A stretch of DNA of 39,264 nucleotides from Sandaracinaceae bacterium (GTDB lineage: Bacteria; Myxococcota_A; Polyangia; Polyangiales; Sandaracinaceae), in assembly GCA_044220955.1 (NCBI GenBank), contig JBGAQA010000061.1:1-39264 (forward strand), read 5' to 3'. This document shows positions 8,510 through 20,306 of this stretch, piece by piece. Below the pieces are notes generated by a model. The model searched no databases and had not been told where the DNA came from. It saw nothing but the letters and a program-made list of their open reading frames with translations. Made by a program: the position numbers and the translations under genes. Every line of letters starts with the position of its first letter. Position 1 is the stretch's first letter.

Positions 8510-9261
8510 AGGCCATCTGGACCATCGCGAAGCGAGAGATCGTCTCCTTCTTCGTCTCGCCCCTGGCCTACGTCGTGATCACGACGTGGCTGCTCTTCCA
8601 GGGCGCCACCTTCTGGGTCATGTCGTTCTGGTACTCGCAGCAGGATCTCGGCTCCGGAAGCTCGGGCGCGAACCCGCTGAGCCACTACTTCGGCGGGACC
8701 ACGCTCTTCTACATCCCCATCATGGTGTACACGCCGCTCTTGACGATGCGCCTTCTCGCCGAGGAGCACCGTCAGGGGACGATCGAGGCGCTGCTCACCG
8801 CGCCCGTGTCGGATGCGGCGGTCGTCCTCGGCAAGTACCTCGCGGCGCTCGTCTTCTGGGTCACGCTCTGGGTGCCGACGCTCATGTACGTCTGGCTGAC
8901 GAGCCGCTTCGGCGACCTCGACCTCTGGAAGATCGCGGCGACGTACGTCGGCATCTTCGGGCTCGGTGCGTACTACATGGCGCTCGGGCTGCTCATGAGC
9001 GCGCTGACGCGCAGCCAGATCACCGCGGCCGTGCTGACGTTCATCGCGCTCGGCGCTTTCTTCATCCTCGGCCTGCTCTCGTTCCTCGTGACCGACGACT
9101 CCATGCGCAGCGTGTTCGACTACATGAGCCTCTGGACGCACATGAGCACGTTCGCGAGCGGCATCGTCGACAGCCGCTACTTGACGTACGAGCTCTCCCT
9201 GGCCGCCCTCGGAGTGTTCCTGAGCATCCGCGCGCTCGAGGCACGGAGGTACGAGGCGTGA
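8506..9261 (+). CDS. ABC-2 type permease (GldF-like)
   Basis: IAKREIVSFFVSPLAY, PLLTMRLLAEEHRQGTIEALLTAPV, VVLGKYLA, several TM segments. ATGA overlap with the ATPase gene. Confidence 0.93.
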   Translation: MKAIWTIAKREIVSFFVSPLAYVVITTWLLFQGATFWVMSFWYSQQDLGSGSSGANPLSHYFGGTTLFYIPIMVYTPLLTMRLLAEEHRQGTIEALLTAPVSDAAVVLGKYLAALVFWVTLWVPTLMYVWLTSRFGDLDLWKIAATYVGIFGLGAYYMALGLLMSALTRSQITAAVLTFIALGAFFILGLLSFLVTDDSMRSVFDYMSLWTHMSTFASGIVDSRYLTYELSLAALGVFLSIRALEARRYEA

Positions 9262-10877
9262 GCAGCGAGCGAAAGGACGGTCCGAAGAACCGCGCGCCGG
9301 AGGCCGCCGCCACCAAGCCGCCGGAGGACGCCACGAGCGCCCGGCGTCTGGCGGGGCGCGCCAACGTCTTCGCGTCGGCGCTGATCGTCGTCCTGATCGC
9401 GCTGATGGCGAACTACCTCTCGTTCCGCCACTACCATCGGTGGGACTGGACGAGCGAGGGCCTCTTCACCCTCTCCCCGCGCACCCACGAGCTCCTCACG
9501 GGCCTCACGACCGACATCGACGTCTACATGGTCCTCTCGTCGGGCGAGTCGAACTACCAGGACGTACGCGAGCTCCTCGAGCGCTACCGCGCGGAGAGCC
9601 AGCACGTCGTGCTGCACTACGTCGACCCGGATCGCGAGCCGAGCGAGTACCAGATGATCGCCGAGCGCTTCGGCCTCGCGCGCGCGATGCTCGCCGACGG
9701 TAGCGAGGCGGCCGACGTCGCGCTCGTGATCGTCAACGGCGATCGCCAGTGGAAGATCACCCGGGACGACCTGGTGAGCATCGACTTCGATCCCTCGGGC
9801 GAGGGCGGCGATGCGCACGTCGACGTCCGCAGTGAGCAGGCCATCTCGGGGGGCCTGCTCGAGGTCACGAGCGGCCGCGCCACGCACGTGTGCATCACGA
9901 GCGGTCACGGCGAGTGGACGCTCGATCGCGGCACCGAGCGCGACCTCGGTGGCCTGCGCGACGAGATGCGGCGGGAGAACCTGGAGGTCGAGCAGATCGA
10001 GACGCGGGGGCGTACGGTCCTCCCGGACACGTGTGACGCGACCTTCGTGATCGGGCCGAGGTCCGCGTTCACCGCCGAGGAGGCCACGCTGCTCCGCCAC
10101 TACGTCGAAGGCGGTGGCCACCTCTTGCTCGCCATCGATCCCGAGATCGACGGTGGTGAGATCCGCCCGAGCGGGCTCGAGTCGGTGCTGCGCGAGCTCG
10201 GGATCCGCCTCGACAGGACGATCGTGCTCGAGATGGACGAGCACCACCTGTTGCCGAGCCAGCCCTCGCCCACCGGCCCCTTCCTGGTGGCCAGCTACGG
10301 CGAGCACCCCATCACGAGCGCCTTCGCGTCGCTCGACCTGCCCATGGTCGTGAACCTCGTGCGCTCGGTGCGGCCCGCGGACGAGAGCGAGGCGACGACC
10401 ATCCTGTCGGCGAGCGAGAGCTCGTTCGCCGAGACCGACATCGCGCTCCTGGTCCAGACGATGGAGCCGCATCGGGACGATCAGGACTACCCGGGGCCCG
10501 TCTCGCTCGGCGTCGCGCTCGAGGTGCCGCGCCACGGCGATGCCGCGGACGACGGCGATGCCGCGGACGACGGCGATGCCGCGGACGACGACGCCGCGCG
10601 GTCGCCCGGGCGCATCGTGGTCATCGGCGACTCGGACTTCCTCGCCTCCGAGCTCATCGCCACGCGTGAGGTCATCAACTACGAGCTCGCGAGCGCCATC
10701 CTCGGCTGGCTCACCGCCCGGCAGGCCCTCCTCGAGGTGCCGCCGCGACGCATGACCTCGCGGCCCGTGCAGCTCACCGAGAGCGACGTGCTCGACCTGG
10801 GGTTCCGCGTGCTCGTGCTGCTGCCGCTCGCCTCGGTCTTCCTCGGGATCGCCGTGTGGTGGAACCGTCGCAGTTGA
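9258..10877 (+). CDS. ABC transporter auxiliary component (GldG-like)
   Basis: GTG at 9258 overlaps the permease stop (GTGA). N-terminal TM, RWDWTSEGLFTLSPRT, VDPDREP, ITSGHGE, RIVVIGDSDF and a C-terminal TM. Confidence 0.88.
   Translation: MSSERKDGPKNRAPEAAATKPPEDATSARRLAGRANVFASALIVVLIALMANYLSFRHYHRWDWTSEGLFTLSPRTHELLTGLTTDIDVYMVLSSGESNYQDVRELLERYRAESQHVVLHYVDPDREPSEYQMIAERFGLARAMLADGSEAADVALVIVNGDRQWKITRDDLVSIDFDPSGEGGDAHVDVRSEQAISGGLLEVTSGRATHVCITSGHGEWTLDRGTERDLGGLRDEMRRENLEVEQIETRGRTVLPDTCDATFVIGPRSAFTAEEATLLRHYVEGGGHLLLAIDPEIDGGEIRPSGLESVLRELGIRLDRTIVLEMDEHHLLPSQPSPTGPFLVASYGEHPITSAFASLDLPMVVNLVRSVRPADESEATTILSASESSFAETDIALLVQTMEPHRDDQDYPGPVSLGVALEVPRHGDAADDGDAADDGDAADDDAARSPGRIVVIGDSDFLASELIATREVINYELASAILGWLTARQALLEVPPRRMTSRPVQLTESDVLDLGFRVLVLLPLASVFLGIAVWWNRRS
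10536..10589. repeat. 18-bp tandem repeat x3 (GGCGATGCCGCGGACGAC; GDAADD)
   Basis: Three exact units at 10536, 10554 and 10572, inside the GldG-like gene. Confidence 0.9.
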
Positions 10878-10890
10878 GGGTCGCGGGGAC

Positions 10891-13149
10891 ATGAGCAAGC
10901 GGACCACGATGGTGCTGGGCGGGATCGCGGTGGCGATGCTCGCGTACATCCTGATCTTCGAGCAGGGCTCGCTGACGACGGGCGAGCTCGACGCGCGGCG
11001 CGGGCGCGTCATCCAGGCCTTCGTTCGCGCGCGCGTGACGCGCCTGGAGCTGAACGCGGGCACGACCCACGTCGTGCTGCAGCGCGCCGAGGACGAGGGC
11101 GAGGAGACGCTCGACACGTTCGGCGTGGGCGACTGGTCGCTCGAGGCGCCGGTCCACGCGCCCGCGGACAGCGAGTCGGTCGATGGGCTGATGTCGACGC
11201 TCGAGTGGCTCGACGCCCGGCGCACGCTCGAGGGGATCAGCGACGACGATCGTCGGCGCTTCGGCCTGGAAGAGCCGCGCGCGACGGTGGACTTCACGGT
11301 CGCGGGAGAGTCGCACCGGCTGCTCGTCGGCGGTGACGACCCGCGGGGGGAGGGGCTCTACGTCACGCTCGGCGAGGGCGACACGGCGTGGATCTGCGGC
11401 CGCGACCTGCTCGAGGCGCTTGAGCACGACGCCGACCACTTCCGGAACAAGGATCTCTTCCATCACTTCCGGGCGCGTGACGCCCGGCGGGTGGAGATCA
11501 CCAACGCGGACACGCACGTCGTGGCCGAGCGCTCGGGCGCGGACGGCCACGCCGGTCCCTGGGGGCTCACGGAGCCCGTGCACGGATACGCGCGGACCGC
11601 GGGCATCGACGGGCTATTGCAGTTCGCGACGCACGCGCGCGCGACGCGCTTCGTGATGGAGGAGCCCGGTCCGGACCTGGCTCCGCCGACGCACGAGCTG
11701 CGCATCGCGCGGGCGCCCGCCCCGGACGGGGCGACGGGCGACGAAGCGGAGCGCTCGCCGATGCGCCTGCGCGTGATCGGTCCGTGCCCGGACCACGACG
11801 ACGAGCGGCTCGCGGTCGTGAACGAGGGCCCCGTCGTCTGCATCCTCGCCAGCGACGTCGAGCCGCTCGACGTCTCGCTCGATCGCTTGCGTGAGACGCG
11901 GCTCGTCTCGACCCCGGACGACCGGGTCGAGTCGATCACGATGGGCCACGGCGACGGCGCGTTCACGATCTCGCGCGTCGAGGGGGGCTTCCGCATCGGA
12001 GAGGGCGACGCCGCGGTCGACGCGGACGACGACGCGGTCGGGGAGCTGATGGAGGCGCTGCGTGGCCAGGACGCCCAGGAGCTGGTCCCGGTGACCGACG
12101 CGCTGCTCGCGGAGCACGCGCTGACGACGCCGGCGGCCGTGCTCACCATCGCGCGCACCGACGACGCGGAGCCCGAGATCGTCTCGTTCGGCGCCGCGGA
12201 CGCGGTCGGCATCTGGGTGCGCCGGGGCGACGAGGCGCAGATCGGGCGCTTCGACCTGCGCGCGCGCGACCTCGTCTGGCGAGATCCCGTCTCCTTCCGC
12301 CGGCGGCGGCTCGTCGAGCGGGACGCGGACGACGCCACGCTCGTGAGGATCACGCGCGGTACCGCGGTGGAGGCCGTGACGCACGGGGACGAGGGCTGGC
12401 GCCTGACCGAGCCGAGCGCTCTCGTCGCGGACGACGGCGCGGTGCGCGACGTCGCGCGCGCGATCGCCGGGCTCAGCGCGCTGCGCTTCGTCTCTGCGGC
12501 CGCTGCGCCGGAGCACGCGCTGGATCACCCGCGCTACGTCGTGTCGGTCCACTTCGCGCAGACTCACGGCGACGACGACCACGGCGACGACGACCACGGC
12601 GACGACGACGGCGAGGCGGCGCACCGCGAGGGGCCGCTCGAGCCGACGCTCCACGTCGGCGCGGCCACCGAGGGCGGGGCGTTCGCGACGCTCGGCGACG
12701 ACCCCGCGGTCTTCGTGGTCGCGTCGGCGCTCGTCGACGCCATCGCGCGCCCGCTCGTCAGCCGCGATCTGCTCGCGGTGCCGAGCGGTGACGTCAGCGC
12801 GCTCGCGATCACGGGTCCCGCGGGGACCGTCTCGCTGCGCGAGTCCGGCGACGCCTGGGTGACCGACCTCGGGCCCGCGGCCACCGGCCCGACGACCGCG
12901 ATGCTCGACCGGCTCGCGAGCCTGCACGCGAGCGGCGTCGAGCCCTACGGCACCGCGATGCCCGCGCCCGTGATCACGATCGAGGCCACGCACCGCGCGG
13001 CGGGATCGGCGGCGACACGGATCGAGATCGGTCCCGTCGTCGTCGGGACCGAAGGCGCGCCCTACCGCCTGGCGCGCGTCACGGGCGTGCCCGTGGTCTT
13101 CCGCTTGCAGGACGCGGACGCGACCGCGTTTGCCGACTATCGGCCCTGA
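10891..13149 (+). CDS. DUF4340-type membrane-anchored protein with multiple repeats (752 aa)
   Basis: N-terminal anchor, then recurring W.L.EP....AD...V..L...L units and FGLEEPRATV. Follows gldA/F/G-like genes, the usual context for this family. Confidence 0.8.
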   Translation: MSKRTTMVLGGIAVAMLAYILIFEQGSLTTGELDARRGRVIQAFVRARVTRLELNAGTTHVVLQRAEDEGEETLDTFGVGDWSLEAPVHAPADSESVDGLMSTLEWLDARRTLEGISDDDRRRFGLEEPRATVDFTVAGESHRLLVGGDDPRGEGLYVTLGEGDTAWICGRDLLEALEHDADHFRNKDLFHHFRARDARRVEITNADTHVVAERSGADGHAGPWGLTEPVHGYARTAGIDGLLQFATHARATRFVMEEPGPDLAPPTHELRIARAPAPDGATGDEAERSPMRLRVIGPCPDHDDERLAVVNEGPVVCILASDVEPLDVSLDRLRETRLVSTPDDRVESITMGHGDGAFTISRVEGGFRIGEGDAAVDADDDAVGELMEALRGQDAQELVPVTDALLAEHALTTPAAVLTIARTDDAEPEIVSFGAADAVGIWVRRGDEAQIGRFDLRARDLVWRDPVSFRRRRLVERDADDATLVRITRGTAVEAVTHGDEGWRLTEPSALVADDGAVRDVARAIAGLSALRFVSAAAAPEHALDHPRYVVSVHFAQTHGDDDHGDDDHGDDDGEAAHREGPLEPTLHVGAATEGGAFATLGDDPAVFVVASALVDAIARPLVSRDLLAVPSGDVSALAITGPAGTVSLRESGDAWVTDLGPAATGPTTAMLDRLASLHASGVEPYGTAMPAPVITIEATHRAAGSAATRIEIGPVVVGTEGAPYRLARVTGVPVVFRLQDADATAFADYRP
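12565..12609. repeat. 15-bp tandem repeat x3 (CACGGCGACGACGAC; HGDDD)
   Basis: Exact units at 12565, 12580 and 12595. Confidence 0.9.
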
Positions 13150-13171
13150 GCGCGGGCCGGGCTCAGGGCCG
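13141..13171. terminator. Hairpin between convergent genes (possible bidirectional terminator)
   Basis: CGGCCCTGAGC-9 nt-GCTCAGGGCCG is a perfect 11-bp inverted repeat. No U-tract. Confidence 0.5.
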
Positions 13172-13192
13172 GCTCAGCGCGCGGCGCGGCGC

Positions 13193-13828
13193 TCAGCGCC
13201 GCCGCGCGGGGCCAGCGTCGGGGATCTCGCCCGGCTCGATCGTCGTGTGGCTGCGGTACTCGAGCAGGCCCTCGGAGACGTTGAAGCCGCTCGACGAGAT
13301 CCGTGCGAAGTGGCCGACGATGTGGACCTTGGCGCCGGGGTAGAAGTCGGTAGGAATCGGAGTGAGGCCGGACTCCTCCTCCGTGGGCTGCGCATGACCG
13401 TGCGCCTCGGAGTCGCGCGCCTCGTCGATGGCGGCCTGGTTCTCGGCGTACCCGACGACCATCAGGAGGTGTGTCTCGTCGGTCTCGCCGCGAGCGTCCG
13501 CGAGCCACATGTGGGGCGCCGCCGGCGGCGGGCAGGTGTGACCCTCGGGGCACTCCTCGGGCACGTAGACGCGTGCGATGTACGCGGTGACGTTCACGTC
13601 GGTGTCCATCGTCGTCGTCTCGCGGCGCCGCAGGCCGTACACGCTGTAGCTCTGATCGGGGTACGTGACGGGGTAGGGCGGCGGCGGCAGCGTCGGCACG
13701 GACGGCAGGCTCGGCGTGACCGACGGCAGCTCCTCGATGTTCAGATCCGCGTTTCGCCCTTCGCCGCACGAGGCGAGCACAGGAACGAGCGCGATCGCGA
13801 GGAGGCACGAGCAGAGACGACGCATCAT
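13193..13828 (-). CDS. Hypothetical lipoprotein (Pro-rich linker, possibly OB-fold-like)
   Basis: MMRRLCSCLLAIALVPVLAS-C lipobox, CPEGHTCP motif, GC3-biased codons. Confidence 0.75.
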   Translation of the reverse strand: MMRRLCSCLLAIALVPVLASCGEGRNADLNIEELPSVTPSLPSVPTLPPPPYPVTYPDQSYSVYGLRRRETTTMDTDVNVTAYIARVYVPEECPEGHTCPPPAAPHMWLADARGETDETHLLMVVGYAENQAAIDEARDSEAHGHAQPTEEESGLTPIPTDFYPGAKVHIVGHFARISSSGFNVSEGLLEYRSHTTIEPGEIPDAGPARRR

Positions 13829-13889
13829 CGAGACCCTTTCGATTAGCGCGCGGACGCTATCACGCGCTCCGGGCCCGCCTCAATGGGCA

Positions 13890-16322
13890 TCAGGGCGCCG
13901 GGACGGGGCAAGCCTCGAGGGCGCCTTGTCCGGCCAGGACCGGCGCGAAGGCCTCGTTCGCGGACTCGGTGGCGATGGCTCGAGCCCGCGCGGCCGTCTC
14001 GCCGCCCAGCCGGATGGCGATCCGCAGCGCCTCGACCGCGACGTCGACGTGCGGGGCCCACGCGCCTTGCCGCGTCCCGCGGCGCATGACCTGCTCCACC
14101 GCGACGGTCGCGTCGGGGACGCAGAAGGCGCTCGCGAGCCCGAGCGCCGCCGCGGTGACCCGCGGCCACTCGTCGTCGTCGGCGAAGATGGGCGCGAGCA
14201 GCGGCCACGCGCCGTGATCGGCCCGCTCGGTCAGCAGCTCGATCGCGCGCGCGCGGACCATGGGCGAGCGATCGGCGAGGCGGCCGCGCAGCGTCGTGAT
14301 CTCCGCGTCCCGGTGGGCGAGGGCCTCGAGCGCCGCCACACGAACGAGGGGCCAGGGATCACGGGTGGCGCGGTCGATCAGGCGATCGGTCGAGGCAGGA
14401 TCCGCCGCGAGGCTCGCGACGGCGGTCCGTCGGACGCGCGGGCTCGCGTCGGAGAGGCCGGCGGCGATCGCGAGCGTGCTGCGCAGCGCGAGCGCCTCGA
14501 GCGCGGCGGCGCGCAGCATCCACTCTTCGGCGTGCGTCGCGACGTCCGTGAGCCATGCGTCGTTCGCGGCGGAAACGGTCGCGTGCCGCGAGGCGAGCGC
14601 GAGCCTGTAGCGATCGCGGAACTCCGCGGCCGCCGGTATGGCGCGGGTGACGAGATCGCGGGCGAGGTCGGGTCGGGCCTCGCTGGTCGCGAGCGCGACG
14701 GCCGCGATCGCGCCCGGCGGGGCGTCGGGCAGCCACGCCGCGATCGCCGCGTCCACATCCGCGCGTGGCTCGCGGCCGGCACGCGCGCCGATCGCCGCGC
14801 GCAGCCACGGCCGCTCGGACCCGCCCCCGCTCGTCGCGCGAAGCAGGGGCGCGACGTCGAAGGGCTCCCGCGAGAGCGCGAGCGTGCGCGCGGCCGGCTC
14901 GCCCCGGTCGCCGGCGGCGACCTCCACGAGCGTGCGCGCGCCGCCAGATCCTGCGTGCGCGAGCACCGCCAGCGCGTCCGATTGGACGTCGTCGTCGTCG
15001 TCGACCGCGCCCAGCGCGAGCAGCCGCAGCGCGGGCTCGGCGCTCGCGTGCGCGGCCGCGACGCGCAGCGCCCGCCGGTGGCCGAGCGCGGAGAGGCGGT
15101 CCCACGCGAGGGCGAGCGCGTCGAGGGCCGCGCCGCCCGCGCGCGCGAGCCAGTCCGCCGTGCGCTCCGCGTCCGCGCCCTCGGCGACGAGCGACTCGAC
15201 CAGCGTCGCCACGCCGCCACCGAAGTCGAGCTCGGTGTAGGCCTCGATCTCGCCGAGGCCCACGTGCTCGGCTGCGTCCTCGGTCGGGCCGCGCTCGATC
15301 ACGAGCGCCACGCAGGTCCAGGCCTGCGGCTCGGGGAGCACGATCCACGCACGATCGAACACGTCGGGCAGCGTCACGTGGAGCGCCGAGCCGGTGTCCC
15401 CGACGACGAACACCGAGCGCGGCGCGTCGACGCCGGCGGCGGTCGATCGGACCAGGGCGATCGCACGAACGGCGCGCGGCGCGTCGATGCGAAGCGAGAC
15501 GAGCTCGCCTGGGCCCGCGCCCGCCCGCCCCTCGATCCAGCCGGTCGCCGGGTCCCCGTCGCCCAGCCCACCGAACGTCCCGAGCGAGGCGGCGTCGGTG
15601 ACGCCGAGCGCGCTGGTCGCGCCGACCACGCGCAGGGTCGTGCCGACGGGTGGGGGCGTCGGTCCCGGGGAGACGGCCGTCGCGGCGACGTCCACACGAT
15701 CGGCGCCCACGCGGCCGATCGACACCGGGCGGAGCTCCCCGACGTCGTCGAGGGCCGAGGGAAAGGCGAGCGCCAGGGCGCTGCCGCAGGTGGTCACGCC
15801 CTCGCGCACCTGGCCGACGACCACGTCGGGCCGCCCGTCGCCGGTGCGATCGAGGGTCTCGATCGCGTCGGCGACGCGCTCGCCCGGGTCGCCATGCAGG
15901 TCGGTCCGGCCGCTCCACACGATCGCGGGCGCGCCGCGACGCTCGACGACGATCCACGCGTACGACCGCCCGGCCCCTCGTCCGCGGACGAGGATGGTCG
16001 GTCCGCGCGTCGTGTCGATCCGCTCCGCGCTCGCGTCCTCGAGCACGACCGGCACGATCGCCTCTGCGACGTGCCGTCCCGCCCTGGCCACGACATGCGT
16101 GTCGCTGCCCTCCGCACCCACGTGCACGGTCACGGGGTGGGTCAGCCGCAGGGACGCCTCGAGCGGCAGCGGCTCGGCCCGTGCCACGAGCGGGCTCACG
16201 ACGGCCCCGAGCGAGATCAGGCCCGTGATCAGGAGGCGCGCCCCGCCCCGGGTGGCGCCTCCAGGCGCCGTCCGGCGCCGCGCGTCGCCACCGGGGCGGT
16301 CGACGTCGCTTTGTTGTGTCAT
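13890..16322 (-). CDS. Secreted protein with FG-GAP-like motif, discoidin/F5-8-like segment and C-terminal HEAT repeats (810 aa)
   Basis: Start trimmed to ATG 16322. Signal-like LLITGLISLGAVVSPLVARA, DRTGDGRPDVVVG, LGDGDPATGW...LGEIEAY, and HEAT motifs LSDASPRVRRTAV, DPWPLVRVAALEAL, LADRSPMVRARAI. Confidence 0.75.
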   Translation of the reverse strand: MTQQSDVDRPGGDARRRTAPGGATRGGARLLITGLISLGAVVSPLVARAEPLPLEASLRLTHPVTVHVGAEGSDTHVVARAGRHVAEAIVPVVLEDASAERIDTTRGPTILVRGRGAGRSYAWIVVERRGAPAIVWSGRTDLHGDPGERVADAIETLDRTGDGRPDVVVGQVREGVTTCGSALALAFPSALDDVGELRPVSIGRVGADRVDVAATAVSPGPTPPPVGTTLRVVGATSALGVTDAASLGTFGGLGDGDPATGWIEGRAGAGPGELVSLRIDAPRAVRAIALVRSTAAGVDAPRSVFVVGDTGSALHVTLPDVFDRAWIVLPEPQAWTCVALVIERGPTEDAAEHVGLGEIEAYTELDFGGGVATLVESLVAEGADAERTADWLARAGGAALDALALAWDRLSALGHRRALRVAAAHASAEPALRLLALGAVDDDDDVQSDALAVLAHAGSGGARTLVEVAAGDRGEPAARTLALSREPFDVAPLLRATSGGGSERPWLRAAIGARAGREPRADVDAAIAAWLPDAPPGAIAAVALATSEARPDLARDLVTRAIPAAAEFRDRYRLALASRHATVSAANDAWLTDVATHAEEWMLRAAALEALALRSTLAIAAGLSDASPRVRRTAVASLAADPASTDRLIDRATRDPWPLVRVAALEALAHRDAEITTLRGRLADRSPMVRARAIELLTERADHGAWPLLAPIFADDDEWPRVTAAALGLASAFCVPDATVAVEQVMRRGTRQGAWAPHVDVAVEALRIAIRLGGETAARARAIATESANEAFAPVLAGQGALEACPVPAP

Positions 16323-16571
16323 CGGCGGCCTTGGGATAGACGGCGCGCCTTCGCACCTTCGGAAGAGGGCCGTTGCAAAGACGAAAAGTTGGCGATCGGT
16401 CCGAGCACGAGTCGGTGTAGAGTCCGCGCCACTCTCGCGCAGGCCCAGCCGGGGCGAGAGTACCTTCACGATGAACGGCGAGCGACCGCTTCTTGCTTTC
16501 CCAGGACGCTGGGGACGGACGCGGGCCGGGGTCGTATGAGGGGACGCGGGGCTTAGGTACGAGGTGAACGC

Positions 16572-18341
<1,770 letters not shown>

Positions 18342-18383
18342 GGCGGGGCGAGTTCGCCGGGTCCCGGGCGCCGCCTCCCCACG

Positions 18384-18833
18384 TCACGTGATGGCGAAGC
18401 CGACGGACGCCACGGCGCCGCCCTCGAGCTTCACCGTCACCACGCCCGCGGGCACGCCGCCGAGCTTCTCGAAGTGCGACGCGAGCATGCCGATCGCTTC
18501 GTGCATACGCGGGCTCGAATCGGCGCGCAGGGCGCCGATCGGCTCGCACCTCAGGGTCCAACGATACGTCGTGGCGCTACCCTCCGGTGCGAGCGGCGTC
18601 ACGCGGATCTCGAGCTTCGTCGCGCCCGGCAGCGTCAGGTCGGCCACCGCGAGGGCGATCGCATCGAGCGGCTCGCGGAGCCCGAAGCCGAGCGTCGCCT
18701 CGAGTCCGTCCGGCTCGACCGCCGCGTGCGCGCGCGCTTCGACGAGCGCACGCACGGCCACGTACGCCAGCACGCCGAAGAACACCGCGAAGCCGACCAG
18801 CAGGGCGTTCCGGATGAGCGCGTCGCCTTCCAC
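18384..18833 (-). CDS. Hypothetical protein with an N-terminal TM helix
   Basis: [20 protein letters not shown]. Starts 9 nt after the dacB stop, with TAGATT 6 nt upstream of the GTG. Confidence 0.7.
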   Translation of the reverse strand: MEGDALIRNALLVGFAVFFGVLAYVAVRALVEARAHAAVEPDGLEATLGFGLREPLDAIALAVADLTLPGATKLEIRVTPLAPEGSATTYRWTLRCEPIGALRADSSPRMHEAIGMLASHFEKLGGVPAGVVTVKLEGGAVASVGFAIT

Positions 18834-18842
18834 GTCTCGAAT

Positions 18843-20291
18843 CTACTCGCGCCAGAGGTGGCTCGCGATGGCGCGAGCGACACCGTCGCAGAGCGCCCGC
18901 GCCGGCGCGTGCTGGCCGCGGCCGTTGGCGAGCACCGAGAACGCGATGGCCTCGCCGGGCGTGCGCCCCAGGACGTACCCCGAGAGCGCGATCGCGTCGT
19001 CGAGCGTTCCCGTCTTGGCGCGCACGATGCGCGGGGCGGGCAGGTCGCGCAGGCGCCCCTCCAGCGTGCCGTCCACGCCCCCGATCGCCAGCGACGCGAC
19101 GTACTCGTCGCGCATCGCCGGGCTCTGGTAGACCGAGGCCAGCAGATGCGCGAGATCCCCCGCGGCGATGCGGTTGCCCTGGAAGAGGCCCGACCCGTTC
19201 ACGACGGTGACGCGGCCGCTCTCGATGCCGATGCTCGCGAGGTAGGCCTCTACGACCTCGACGGAGGTGGCGGCGCTGCCCGGTCGGCGGCGCTCGGCCC
19301 CGAGGACACGGAACACCATCTCGGCGGTGAAGTTGTCGCTCTGCTTGCCCATCGGGAGGATCAGCTGCGAGAGCGGCGCGGAGGCGTGGTCGGCGAGCAG
19401 CCCCGCGGTCGGAGCGCTCGTGGCGACCGACACGCCGCCCGTGACGTGGATCCCGGCGCTCGCGAGCGCGTCGACCATCAGGTGGCCGACCCAGGGCAGG
19501 GGCGTCTCGACGCGGCGGCGGTACGAGGCGCCGGTGATCCCGAGCGCGACCGTGCCGCGGAGGCCGAGGTGCAGGCGATCGCCGGCCGCCCGCTGATCCG
19601 CGATGACGTTGGACGCGCCCTCGGCCCCCGTCGTGAGCTGATTGTCCAGCTCGAAGTACCCGGCGCCGTCGAGCCGGACGCTCGCGAGGGCGCCGACGCT
19701 GGCGCCGGGCAAGACGCGCAGCGTGTACGCGTTCGCGTCGACCGACACCGCCGCCGTCGTCGCGCGGAAGGCGGCCACCTCACCGGGCTGCTGATCGAAG
19801 GCGGGAGGCAGGTATTGCCCGTCGAAGTACGTCCCGTCGACGACGACGCGATCGACGGTGCGCACGCCGTGGTCGGCGAGGTCGCGCGCGAGCTCGACGA
19901 GATCGGCCTGCCGCAGCGAGGGATCGCCGAACCCACGAAGCACCAGGCCCCCCGTCACGGCATCGCCGTCCACGTGCCCGTAGAGGCCCGTGTGCATCCG
20001 GAAGTCCGCGCCGAGCGTGGCGAGGGCGGCCGCAGCCGTGACCAGCTTCATGTTCGAAGCCGGGTTGAGCGCGAGGTCCGGCTGGTGTCCGAAGATCACG
20101 CCGCCGTCGCGCGCGTCCACCACCGAGACGCCGAGCTGGTCGCCGAGGCCGGCCGCAGCGACGAGCGCAGCGAGCTCGGCCCCGAGGGCGGCGTGGGCCG
20201 GTGGCGGCTGGGCTCTGCCGTGGCCGATCGACGAGAGCGCGATCACCAGCGCGGCGAGCGCGCTCGTGCGGAGGAGGGGGCGTGCCGTCAT
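18843..20291 (-). CDS. dacB: D-alanyl-D-alanine carboxypeptidase/endopeptidase (PBP4, peptidase S13)
   Basis: Start trimmed to ATG 20291 (signal peptide MTARPLLRTSALAALVIAL...). Catalytic PASNMK (SxxK), SDN (SxN) and KTGTL, plus GFGDPSL and NGSGL. Confidence 0.95.
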   Translation of the reverse strand: MTARPLLRTSALAALVIALSSIGHGRAQPPPAHAALGAELAALVAAAGLGDQLGVSVVDARDGGVIFGHQPDLALNPASNMKLVTAAAALATLGADFRMHTGLYGHVDGDAVTGGLVLRGFGDPSLRQADLVELARDLADHGVRTVDRVVVDGTYFDGQYLPPAFDQQPGEVAAFRATTAAVSVDANAYTLRVLPGASVGALASVRLDGAGYFELDNQLTTGAEGASNVIADQRAAGDRLHLGLRGTVALGITGASYRRRVETPLPWVGHLMVDALASAGIHVTGGVSVATSAPTAGLLADHASAPLSQLILPMGKQSDNFTAEMVFRVLGAERRRPGSAATSVEVVEAYLASIGIESGRVTVVNGSGLFQGNRIAAGDLAHLLASVYQSPAMRDEYVASLAIGGVDGTLEGRLRDLPAPRIVRAKTGTLDDAIALSGYVLGRTPGEAIAFSVLANGRGQHAPARALCDGVARAIASHLWRE

Positions 20292-20306
20292 GCGCCTCTG
20301 CTTACC

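Noticed and set aside
3899..12609. Short direct repeats as a CRISPR array
   Set aside because: They are head-to-tail 12-18 bp units without spacers, in frame inside genes, and no cas genes are present.
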